From Myxococcota bacterium (lineage in GTDB: Bacteria; Myxococcota_C; UBA6777): DNA of 64,000 nucleotides. Shown here in pieces: positions 49,212 to 58,354 of this stretch. A program made the position numbers and the translations under genes. The DNA lies in contig JAKLKB010000012.1 in assembly GCA_023150835.1 (NCBI GenBank), positions 1-64,000 of the forward strand, in the 5' to 3' direction. Each line of letters starts with the position of its first letter. The first letter of the stretch is position 1. The notes below the pieces were generated by a model. That model worked only from the letters and a program-made list of their open reading frames with translations. It was not told where the DNA came from and did not search any database.

Positions 49212-52200
49212 TCACTTGGGGATACGGAGACCTTTGAGAACACGCGGATCGATGCGGAGGAGACGCGGGGCGGGTTTGGCGTTTCCTGCTTTGGCGAGTT
49301 CTTCGTCGATGACGGACTTGAACTGTTCAAAGGGTTGAGCGCCGACAACAGAACGACCGTTGATAAAGAAGGTGGGCGTTCCGTTGGCTCCGGCTTCGCG
49401 AGCTTGTGTAAGATCAGCCTCGACGTAGGCTTTGTATTTGCCGCTATCAAGAGCTTGTTGGAAGCGCGCCGTGTCAAGACCTAGCTCTTGGGCCCATTTA
49501 ACAAAGTTTTCTTTGTTGAGGTTGCGGAAGTTGGCAAACAGCTTGTCATGGAATTCCCAGAACTTGCCTTGTTCATGCGCAGCCATCGAGGCTTGAGCGG
49601 CGAGGTGGGCATTTTGATGGAAGGGCAACGGAAGGTGCTTGAATACCACGCGCACTTTGCCACCGTAGGCTTTTTTGATCTGTTCGATGGTTGCAGCCCC
49701 ACGAGAACAGAAGGGACACTCAAAGTCCGAAAACTCCACGATGGTCACTGGAGCGTTGACAGGTCCGAAGGACGGGGCCTTTCCAGCATCGACCTTCACA
49801 ACGGGCGGAGCTTGGGGGCGTTCAGGTTGAGGTGCAGCGGGACGGCCAAGTTGCTTGCCAGCAAGCACATCGTCGATCACTTGCTTGAAGCGGGAGTACG
49901 GCTGTGCGCCGACAACGCGAAGGCCGTTAACAAAGAAGGTAGGCGTTCCGTTGGCCCCGACAGAGCTTGCATAAGAGGCGTCGGCATCGACGTACTTGGC
50001 AAGAGCGGGATCATCAAGATCTTTTTTGAAGCGCGCCGTATCAAGGCCGACTTCTTGGGCCCACTTGAGGTAGTTGTCGCGGTTCAAGTTGCGGAAGTTG
50101 GCGAACAGTTTGTCATGGAATTGCCAGAACTTGCCTTGGCGATGTGCAGCCATCGAGGCGATAGCAGCGGGCTTGGCGTTGCGATGGAAGGGCAACGGAA
50201 GGTGCTTGAACACCACGCGCACTTTGTCGCCATAATTTTTCTTGATCTCGTCCATCGTTTTTGCGCCACGAGAACAGAAAGGACATTCAAAGTCCGAAAA
50301 CTCGACGATCGTCACCTTGGCATCGGCAGGACCGAGAGTTGGTGCATCGCCAAGATTGATCTTCACGATGGGTTCGGGTTCGGGTTGACTCGGGCGTTGG
50401 GGAGCAGCAGCACCCGGTATCGGCTTTCCAGACAGTGCAGCGTCGATCATCTGCTTGAAGCGGAAGATCGGTTGCGCGCCCACAAGGACGTGGCCGTTGA
50501 TGAAGAAAGTGGGTGTTCCGTTGGCCCCGACAGAGCTTGCATAAGAAGCGTCGGCATCAACGTATCGGGCAAGAGCGGGATCATCGAGATCTTTTTTGAA
50601 GCGTTCGACATCAAGGCCAACTTCTTGGGCCCACTTGAGGTAGTTGTCACGGTTCAAGTTGCGGAAGTTGGCGAACAGTTTGTCGTGAAATTGCCAGAAC
50701 TTGCCTTGGCGATGTGCAGCCATCGAGGCCACAGCAGCGGGCTTGGCGTTGCGATGGAAAGACAACGGCAAGTGCTTGAACACCACGCGGATCTTTCCAG
50801 CATAATCCTTCTTCAGTTGCTCGACCGTGGCGGCACCACGAGAGCAGAAAGGACACTCAAAGTCCGAAAATTCGACGAGCGTCACTTTGGCGTCGGCAGG
50901 TCCCCACGCTGGGGCATCACCGATCTTGATATCGACTTTGCTCGGAGGAGCCGAGGGCGTCGGGCGTTGGGGAGCATCGCCCGGGATAGGTTTTCCGGCC
51001 AGTTCGGCGTCGATGATCTGCTTAAAGCGGAAGAAAGGCTGCGCACCACCGAGTTCAAAACCGTTGATAAAGAAGGTGGGTGTTCCGTTGGCTCCGACAG
51101 AGCTTGCATAAGAAGCGTCGGCATCGACGTGCTTGGCAAGAGAGGGATCATCGAGATCTTTTTTGAAGCGCTCGACATCAAGGCCGACTTCTTGAGCCCA
51201 CTTGAGGTAGTTGTCACGATTCAAGTTGCGGAAGTTGGCAAACAGTTTGTCATGGAATTCCCAGAACTTGCCTTGGCGATGCGCAGCCATCGAAGCCACC
51301 GCAGCAGGCTTGGCGTTGCGATGAAAAGACAACGGCAAGTGCTTGAACACCACGCGCACTTGATCGCCGTAGGCTTTTTTCACTTCGCGGATCGTCGCGG
51401 CCCCACGAGTACAGAAAGGACACTCAAAGTCCGAAAACTCCACGATCGTGATCTTGGCGTTGGCGGAACCCCATGTCGGGGCGTTTCCGATCACCATCTT
51501 CTTGCGCGCCCCTGCCGCTGCGGGAGAGGGCTGCGGAGCAGGTGTGGGGGCCGAAGGAGCGGCTTTTCCAGAAAGGATATCGTTGATCACTTGTTGGAAG
51601 CGATCGAACGGTTGGGCTCCCACCACACTTTGGCCGTTGATAAAGAAGGTGGGTGTTCCGTTGGCTCCGTATTGACGGGCAAGAGCGAGGTCTGCATCAA
51701 CAACGGCTTTGTATGTACCGCCGTCTAGCTCGCGTTGGAAGCGTTCGACGTTTAGGCCGAGTTCTTGGGCCCATTTGACAAAGTTTTCTTTGTTGAGATT
51801 GCGGAAGTTGGCGAAGAGTTTGTCGTGATAAGGCCAGAACTTGCCTTGTGCGTGGGCAGCCATCGAGGCTTGGGCAGCGAGGTGAGCGTTGCGATGGAAA
51901 GGCAACGGAAGATGCTTGAACACCACGCGCACTTGGTTGCCGTAGGCTTTTTTGATCTGCTCGATGGTTGCAGCCCCACGAGAACAGAAGGGACACTCAA
52001 AGTCCGAAAACTCCACGATCACGATCGGGGCATTGTTGGGTCCGAAGGAGGGGGAATTTCCTAGTGGGATCGTGTTCTTCGCAGCGAGGCGGTTCAAGCT
52101 CGGGATCACAACAGAGGGTTGTGAAGGTCGTACAGTACGGCCTTTTCCGCTCAGTTCTTGATCGATAATGGTTTTGAATTGATCGAAGGGTTGAGCGCCG

Positions 52201-53483
52201 ACGACGGACCGACCGTTGACAAAGAAAGTGGGCGTTCCATTGGCTCCTTCACGTCGAGCTTGTGCAAGATCGGCATCGACATAAGCTTTGTATTTGCCGC
52301 TATCAAGGGCTTGTTGGAAGCGAGCGACATCAAGGCCGAGTTCTTTGGCCCATCGGATGTAGTTGTCGCGGTTCAAGTTGCGGAAGTTGGCAAAGAGTTT
52401 GTCGTGATAAGGCCAGAACTTGCCTTGTTCGTGTGCAGCCATCGAAGCTTGCGCTGCGGAGTGTGCGTTGCGATGAAAAGGCAACGGAAGATGCTTGAAC
52501 ACCACGCGCACTTGGTTGCCGTAGGCTTTTTTCACTTCGCGGATGGTGCTTGCGCCACGAGTGCAGAAGGGACATTCAAAGTCCGAAAACTCCACAATCG
52601 TCACTTTGGCGCTGGCTGGTCCCCATGTCGGGGCATTGCCGAGGGCGATCTGTTTGCGAGGGCCGGTAGGAGCGGCTTCTGGGCGCGGTTGAGGTTTTTG
52701 AGCGAGGCCTTTGCCAACCACTGCTTGATAAACACGGCTTTTAGGCGTCCCAGACGCGATCATCTTTTGCGCGGTGCTGACTTCTTGGTCGATGATCTGC
52801 TTGAAACGTGCGAAGGGTTGGGCTCCTACAAGAATGCGACCATTGATGAAGAAGGTAGGCGTCCCGCCTGCCCCCATCTGTTGGGCATAACGATCATCGG
52901 CATCGACGTAGGCTTTGTATTTGCCGCTATCAAGGGCTTTTTGGAAGCGAGCGACATCAAGGCCGAGTTCTTGGGCCCATTTGAGGTAGTTGTCGCGGTT
53001 CAAGTTGCGAAAATTGGCGAAGAGTTTGTCGTGATAAGGCCAGAACTTACCTTGTTCGTGGGCAGCCATCGAGGCTTGTGCAGCGGAGTGAGCGTTGCGA
53101 TGAAAGCTGAGCGGGCGATGGCGAAAAGCCACACGTACTTTGTCGCCGTACACCTTTTTCACCATATCGATGGTGTTTGCGCCACGGTTGCAAAAAGGAC
53201 ATTCAAAGTCCGAAAACTCAACGATCGTCACTAACGCATCTTTGGGTCCGAAGGATGGGGCGTTTCCAACCTTCACGTTGTAGCGCTGCACATCCCGTGC
53301 AACAGCGCCTTCTTGGCCGCCACCGCGACCTGTCTTGTCAGCTTGTCCTCTGGTTGCTTTGCGCTCTTTCGTCGGCATCAAGCCCGTGAGTTTGGCGTCT
53401 TCAACACCAAACCGGCCCAGCATGAATCCGAAGAAGAGGCCAGCCACCACACCGATGATGAGACCTTGCTTCATACCGTTCAT
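49212..53483 (-). CDS. Membrane-anchored protein with seven tandem DsbA-like thioredoxin domains
   Basis: N-terminal TM; EFSDFECPFC x7 and GTPTFF x7 with Pro-rich linkers, period about 190 aa. Confidence 0.95.
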   Translation of the reverse strand: MNGMKQGLIIGVVAGLFFGFMLGRFGVEDAKLTGLMPTKERKATRGQADKTGRGGGQEGAVARDVQRYNVKVGNAPSFGPKDALVTIVEFSDFECPFCNRGANTIDMVKKVYGDKVRVAFRHRPLSFHRNAHSAAQASMAAHEQGKFWPYHDKLFANFRNLNRDNYLKWAQELGLDVARFQKALDSGKYKAYVDADDRYAQQMGAGGTPTFFINGRILVGAQPFARFKQIIDQEVSTAQKMIASGTPKSRVYQAVVGKGLAQKPQPRPEAAPTGPRKQIALGNAPTWGPASAKVTIVEFSDFECPFCTRGASTIREVKKAYGNQVRVVFKHLPLPFHRNAHSAAQASMAAHEQGKFWPYHDKLFANFRNLNRDNYIRWAKELGLDVARFQQALDSGKYKAYVDADLAQARREGANGTPTFFVNGRSVVGAQPFDQFKTIIDQELSGKGRTVRPSQPSVVIPSLNRLAAKNTIPLGNSPSFGPNNAPIVIVEFSDFECPFCSRGAATIEQIKKAYGNQVRVVFKHLPLPFHRNAHLAAQASMAAHAQGKFWPYHDKLFANFRNLNKENFVKWAQELGLNVERFQRELDGGTYKAVVDADLALARQYGANGTPTFFINGQSVVGAQPFDRFQQVINDILSGKAAPSAPTPAPQPSPAAAGARKKMVIGNAPTWGSANAKITIVEFSDFECPFCTRGAATIREVKKAYGDQVRVVFKHLPLSFHRNAKPAAVASMAAHRQGKFWEFHDKLFANFRNLNRDNYLKWAQEVGLDVERFKKDLDDPSLAKHVDADASYASSVGANGTPTFFINGFELGGAQPFFRFKQIIDAELAGKPIPGDAPQRPTPSAPPSKVDIKIGDAPAWGPADAKVTLVEFSDFECPFCSRGAATVEQLKKDYAGKIRVVFKHLPLSFHRNAKPAAVASMAAHRQGKFWQFHDKLFANFRNLNRDNYLKWAQEVGLDVERFKKDLDDPALARYVDADASYASSVGANGTPTFFINGHVLVGAQPIFRFKQMIDAALSGKPIPGAAAPQRPSQPEPEPIVKINLGDAPTLGPADAKVTIVEFSDFECPFCSRGAKTMDEIKKNYGDKVRVVFKHLPLPFHRNAKPAAIASMAAHRQGKFWQFHDKLFANFRNLNRDNYLKWAQEVGLDTARFKKDLDDPALAKYVDADASYASSVGANGTPTFFVNGLRVVGAQPYSRFKQVIDDVLAGKQLGRPAAPQPERPQAPPVVKVDAGKAPSFGPVNAPVTIVEFSDFECPFCSRGAATIEQIKKAYGGKVRVVFKHLPLPFHQNAHLAAQASMAAHEQGKFWEFHDKLFANFRNLNKENFVKWAQELGLDTARFQQALDSGKYKAYVEADLTQAREAGANGTPTFFINGRSVVGAQPFEQFKSVIDEELAKAGNAKPAPRLLRIDPRVLKGLRIPK

Positions 53484-53537
53484 CGTGGTTTTTTACCTTC
53501 TGTATAGGGGTGGGAGCAAAAAACAAAGAGAAATCGA

Positions 53538-54662
53538 TTATTTCCCTTGTTTGATCAGTTCGCTGTATACGTTTTCGGGTTTGATACCGCGCTGGAGCGC
53601 TGCGTCCGCGTCTTTGAGGGCGCGATTCGCCACGTCCAACGGGCTATCTTGCTCGCCCACAGGGTATCCGTTGATGTAAAAAGACGGAGTACCCGGGACG
53701 TTGATTTTTGTAGAAAGCTTGAGATCCTCTTGAACAGCGGTTGCGATGGCGGGATCTTTCAGGTCTTTTTGAAACTTCTCGACGTCCAGTTTGAGTTCTT
53801 TTGCGTAACGAACAAAGTCCTCCGCCTTGAGCTTTTCTTGATTTGCAAAGAGTTTGTCGTGGTACTCCCAAAACTTGCCTTGACGATGTGCAGCCATGGA
53901 GGCGATGGCAGCGGGCATTGCGTTTGGATGGAAGGACAGCGGAAGGTGGCGGTACGCCACACGGATGTTTTGCGCTCCGAACTGTTTTTGCAGCGCTTCC
54001 ACTTGTTGATGGGCTTGTGCGCAATAAGGACATTCAAAGTCCGAAAAGATGACGATCGTGATCTTGGCGTTGGCGGGGCCTTTGATCGGTGCGCCATCGA
54101 CGGGGATGGGGAGGGGCTTGTTGGCAGCGGCCTGTTTGGGAGCTTCTTGACCGACGCTGTCCAAGACTTTTTTGATCTCGTCTGCCGATTTGTTTTGTTT
54201 CACGGCATCCGCCACAAACTCCGCAACGCGCTGGATGCTTGGGCAAGTCTTGGAATCCGTTTGATAACAGCGCGCAAGGGTCTGGCCGCAACTGCAAGGA
54301 TGCTTGAGCGTGTTTAGGATCTTCAATGCGAATTCTTGCTTTTCTTTGGAAAGCTCGGCCAAAGAAACACCTTGTAGATCAGAAGCCTTGAGCGCAGGTT
54401 GAGAGGCCGGAGCAGAAAGAACAGGCGCGCATCGCGCAGGGCTGGGTTCTTTCTGTGCTTTGGCCACCACTTCTCGACGGCGTGCTGGAGGACTTGCCGT
54501 AGGAACCGCATTGACCTGATGTGTGGGGTACAAAACGGGATACGCAGGGGGAGGAATTAAGCCACCAAACCGACCGAACCACGCCCCAAACAGGAATGCC
54601 GCAAAGACCCAACCACTATAAAGAAACATTCGCTTTGAGCTCGAAAGAGCTTGCTCACTCAT
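53538..54662 (-). CDS. DsbA-like protein with an extra four-Cys helical N-domain
   Basis: TM; PCSCGQTLARCYQTDSKTC; FSDFECPYC; GTPSFY. Confidence 0.9.
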   Translation of the reverse strand: MSEQALSSSKRMFLYSGWVFAAFLFGAWFGRFGGLIPPPAYPVLYPTHQVNAVPTASPPARRREVVAKAQKEPSPARCAPVLSAPASQPALKASDLQGVSLAELSKEKQEFALKILNTLKHPCSCGQTLARCYQTDSKTCPSIQRVAEFVADAVKQNKSADEIKKVLDSVGQEAPKQAAANKPLPIPVDGAPIKGPANAKITIVIFSDFECPYCAQAHQQVEALQKQFGAQNIRVAYRHLPLSFHPNAMPAAIASMAAHRQGKFWEYHDKLFANQEKLKAEDFVRYAKELKLDVEKFQKDLKDPAIATAVQEDLKLSTKINVPGTPSFYINGYPVGEQDSPLDVANRALKDADAALQRGIKPENVYSELIKQGK

Positions 54663-54950
54663 CCAACGCCTCCGTAAACAACGATATCCCCAACGATAAA
54701 GGGATGTTGCAATGAATCGTGCGCCTACACCACCACGGGTTCCACCCGCACAAAAATGAAGAGCCTGTTTGCATAACTGAATTAAAGCCCATCGTCAACC
54801 CCAAACCGCAAGCCCTCACACTCTATTCCGTTAGGTCGGTGGATTCTCGAACAGACGAAAGAAACGTTTGGCGCACCAAGCCTCACGACACCGCCGCTTG
54901 AAGTGGGGGCAAACGCGGCTTTTTTTGTCCACTACACGACCCCTATCCTA

Positions 54951-54978
54951 TTGACATCGTGATGCGGCCCCCTATGAT
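54951..54978 (+). promoter_or_regulatory. Putative sigma70 promoter of the OB-fold lipoprotein operon
   Basis: TTGACA-16 nt-TATGAT. Confidence 0.6.
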
Positions 54979-55183
54979 GCGGCACAAGAACAGAAAAACA
55001 TCTGCAAGTGTCTTTGATTTTCTTTTTCGATCAAGCAGATAGGATTCTATTGCGTTCCTTTCCTGCGTTGATGAGCCTTGCGTGTTTTGCTTGGATCTTT
55101 GATAACGTGCCAAGAGGAAAGGGTGCGTATTCTTTTTTTGTGGAACTGCGCACGAGCGCATGGTGTTTGGTGCAGGAGAAGAC

Positions 55184-56506
55184 ATGGACTTCCGAAAGAT
55201 TGGGTTCGCTCTAGGAACTGCGGCGTTTGTCGTATTTGTCGCACTTGCAGGCGCTTGTGGCCCCGGCAAAGAAGGCGCACGCTGCCAAGCCACAAAAGAG
55301 TGCGACACGGGCCTTCGCTGTGTCGACTTTGTGTGTAAGGCCTCTCTTCCTCAGCCTGAAAAAACGCTCGAAGAAGCCAGCGCAGACGCCGAACCCATCG
55401 GCGAGATCGCAACAGACGCCTCTCCCGAAGAAGCTATCTCCAACCCCGAAGAAGCTATCTCCAACCCCGAAGAAGCTGTCTCCAACCCCGAAGAAGCTAT
55501 CTCCAACCCCGAAGAAGCTGTCTCCAACCCCGAAGAATCCGTCTCCAATCCTGAACCCCAACCCGAATCAAACCCCGAATCTTCGACGGGTCCGACCCTT
55601 TATGATCTCCTTGATCCGACATCTTCACAAATCGGTCAAGAAGGCGCGACGGTCGAGATCAGCCAAGTCGTGATGATGTCGCCTGCCTCCCGACTGGCCG
55701 CCACATTGGATCTGTTCTTTGTTCAAGAACCCCAAGCACGCCAAGGAAGCTACCGTTATGGCGGGATCGCAGTCGTTTTTGAACGCGACAAGATCCAGAT
55801 CGGCACCCTCTCTGTGGGTTCGCGGATCGCGATCAAAGGCCGTTTTACGCGGTACCGAACGGTAGATTGGGCGGCCAACTGTACAACGGACGCCGATTGT
55901 ACAAACGCCCAGAAGAACCGATGTTCCGATGTTTACGACAAAAAAACATCCAGCGTCGTCAAGCGATGCGCAACGGCCCAGTCCGTTCCACAGATCGAAC
56001 TGAGCCAAACCCCAAGTGTTGTCGGCGCAGGCCCCGTCCCTGCTCCCGAAGAAGTCAAAACTTCTGACATCAACAAAGATGGCACAACCGCCCAAGCCTA
56101 CCTTGGCGTTTACCTCGAAGTCAAACAAGTCCAAGTGACGAACAAAAACCCCGATGATCCCAGTGATTTCGGCGAATTTCTGGTCGCCCCCACCAACAAC
56201 CTCAACGAAACCCTTCGTATCGACGATCAGATCAACACCATCGCCTACACAGGAGCCAAGTTCTGCGGATGCGGCACAGGCAACCAACCTGACAACACCT
56301 ACTGCTTGCCGGGCGACACCTGCCAGTGCGTGGGAGCGCAAGTCTGCGGTGGAACCAAGCGCGGCTGTTGTTTTGCGCAAGGAACACAACCCTCCCAAGA
56401 CACCCGCTCACAAGGCGATACCTTTGCGTCGATCCGTGGAGTTCTTTATTTCAGTTTCAACAACTACAAGTTGCTTCCGCGCATTCCCACCGATATGCAA
56501 AAGTGA
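55184..56506 (+). CDS. Lipoprotein with OB-fold-like domains and Cys-rich inserts
   Basis: AGGAG RBS; lipobox AGAC; FFVQE..YGGIAV..VGSRIAIKG; GDTFASIRGVLYFSFNNYKLLPR. Confidence 0.75.
   Translation: MDFRKIGFALGTAAFVVFVALAGACGPGKEGARCQATKECDTGLRCVDFVCKASLPQPEKTLEEASADAEPIGEIATDASPEEAISNPEEAISNPEEAVSNPEEAISNPEEAVSNPEESVSNPEPQPESNPESSTGPTLYDLLDPTSSQIGQEGATVEISQVVMMSPASRLAATLDLFFVQEPQARQGSYRYGGIAVVFERDKIQIGTLSVGSRIAIKGRFTRYRTVDWAANCTTDADCTNAQKNRCSDVYDKKTSSVVKRCATAQSVPQIELSQTPSVVGAGPVPAPEEVKTSDINKDGTTAQAYLGVYLEVKQVQVTNKNPDDPSDFGEFLVAPTNNLNETLRIDDQINTIAYTGAKFCGCGTGNQPDNTYCLPGDTCQCVGAQVCGGTKRGCCFAQGTQPSQDTRSQGDTFASIRGVLYFSFNNYKLLPRIPTDMQK
55424..55555 (+). repeat. In-frame 21-bp tandem repeat about x6 (PEEA[IV]SN)
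   Basis: CCCGAAGAAGCTRTCTCCAAC repeated. Confidence 0.95.
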
Positions 56507-56557
56507 CCAACCTTCGGCTCCAAACAGCTCACAAAAAAATGGACTAGGATCGTAACG

Positions 56558-58213
56558 ATGCGAAGATTGTTTTGTTTTTGGATGGGGGTGATGGCGATCG
56601 CGAGCGCGGCATGCTACTCACCCGTCGAACCGCCCACCATCTCGGGGGATTTTGTCATAAGCCTGTCTTTCCAACAAAATCCCGATCTTGGAAAAAGCGC
56701 CGATAAACCCCGACCTGTAGCGCGCTTGGGCGAGATCGCTCAAATCGACATCCAAGCCCGCAAGCTCGCCCCCGACGGAACCGCCTCCAACAACGACGCC
56801 TATGATGGCTATATCTGCCTGTATTCTTCGCGTGGTTTGCTCGAAGGTACGGGAAAAGCCGTCAAGTTGTCAAATGGCCGCGCCCAAGTCCCCCTGCGCA
56901 TCCGTCTGGCTTTTGGAAAGGTCACGCTGTGGGTGGGCGAAGTCAAAGATGATCCCACCAACCCCGGCCCAAACGGCGTACCGATCTGCCCTGACAATGC
57001 CAACCCACAAGACAAAACTCGCCCATCTGTCGGACAATCGGGATCTTCTGCCCCGATCTTTTACCAGCTCCTCAGCGTCGCCGATCTCCAAGAAACAGAC
57101 GCCAGTTCGGGCGATTCCCCGCTCTACAAACGCCAAGCCGTGTTGGGGAGTGGAAAGATGGTTGTCACAGCCGTCACCAACAACGGCTTTTATATCAGCG
57201 ACATGAACGCCGTCGCCACGGGCTTAAAGTATGCCTCCGCCTTTATCTTCACATTCTCCGCCCCCAACCTCGCCTTTGAAGATGGCGAAGCTCCCCGCCT
57301 GCTCGAAGTCGGCGAACTGATCCATTGCATACAAGGCGGTGTTGACGAGTTCAGCGGTCATACCCAACTCACCTTTCCCAGCTTTACACCCATCTGGAAA
57401 ACCTCCACCCCCGAATGCGGAAAACCCCCACCCCAAGGCAAAAATGAGATCCAACGTATCCCCGTCGATCAACTTCCGCCACCGATCGAGATCGCTTCGG
57501 ATATCTTGTGGACGCGATCCAAAATGGAACCCTACGAATCCGCGATCGTCGAAGTCAAAAACACCGTCGCGATCCCCTTTTCTCAAAGCCAAGACGGATG
57601 GCAAGAATTCCGCCAGTGGCCTGTCTTGATGGTCGAAGCGGATCGTCCCGAAGATCGCGCAGCATGTGAGAACTACATCCGCACCGAATTGATGCTCCAC
57701 AACGATCCAGCCAAAAACGATCTCGCCAAAAGCACCTACCGTACGGGCCTCAAAGCTTGCTTCGACGCACGAAAACCCGCCGAAGATGCTTGCACCAAAA
57801 CCCGCAGCACCTGCACCAAAGAGGCAACCGCTTGTGAAGCCGATCTCACCGCCTGTAAACAAAAAGTGGTCGACACTTGGTACACTTGCTTTTTTGATGA
57901 ACGCTTCCGAACCACCGAACCCAAGGGACTTTTCCCTCGCCTCGAAGCCTTTACCCCCCAAGGCGCTCAGGCTCCTGCCGTCTGTCGTTATGGGATCATG
58001 CTTGTGATCTCGAACGCCACCGTCCCCGAGTTGGATGTCACCACCCAAGAACACCTCACCCGTCGTTTTACACGGATTCGCGGTGTCCTCCAGCAAACCA
58101 AAGCCAGTTCCTACTACGGACTCGTCAACGATCAATATCCCGATGAACTCTCAAACAACGGCTATGTGATCTTGGTCCGAAACAGCGACGATATCGTCGT
58201 TGAGAAAAAATAG
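56558..58213 (+). CDS. Lipoprotein with OB-fold-like domains and a Cys-rich helical insert
   Basis: Lipobox SAAC; VVTAVTNNGFYISD, GGVDEFSGHTQL, EPYESAIVEV, RIRGVL. Confidence 0.72.
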   Translation: MRRLFCFWMGVMAIASAACYSPVEPPTISGDFVISLSFQQNPDLGKSADKPRPVARLGEIAQIDIQARKLAPDGTASNNDAYDGYICLYSSRGLLEGTGKAVKLSNGRAQVPLRIRLAFGKVTLWVGEVKDDPTNPGPNGVPICPDNANPQDKTRPSVGQSGSSAPIFYQLLSVADLQETDASSGDSPLYKRQAVLGSGKMVVTAVTNNGFYISDMNAVATGLKYASAFIFTFSAPNLAFEDGEAPRLLEVGELIHCIQGGVDEFSGHTQLTFPSFTPIWKTSTPECGKPPPQGKNEIQRIPVDQLPPPIEIASDILWTRSKMEPYESAIVEVKNTVAIPFSQSQDGWQEFRQWPVLMVEADRPEDRAACENYIRTELMLHNDPAKNDLAKSTYRTGLKACFDARKPAEDACTKTRSTCTKEATACEADLTACKQKVVDTWYTCFFDERFRTTEPKGLFPRLEAFTPQGAQAPAVCRYGIMLVISNATVPELDVTTQEHLTRRFTRIRGVLQQTKASSYYGLVNDQYPDELSNNGYVILVRNSDDIVVEKK

Positions 58214-58354
58214 AACCGTCAACGCGATCGGGCCGACCAGCGGCCTTTTTCGATGCTGTCGTTGCTCCGCAAGCCTCCCCGTGTGCAGCGTTGGTCATGC
58301 GCGCACAACACATCACTTTACAGATCAACTGAACCCCTCAAAGGACCGTAGAAG

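Noticed and set aside
49488-53234. Long + strand ORFs (746 and 358 aa), and similar ones at 30983-33652 and 43729-45045
   Set aside because: Antisense shadows of well-supported minus-strand genes caused by codon bias; no motifs of their own.
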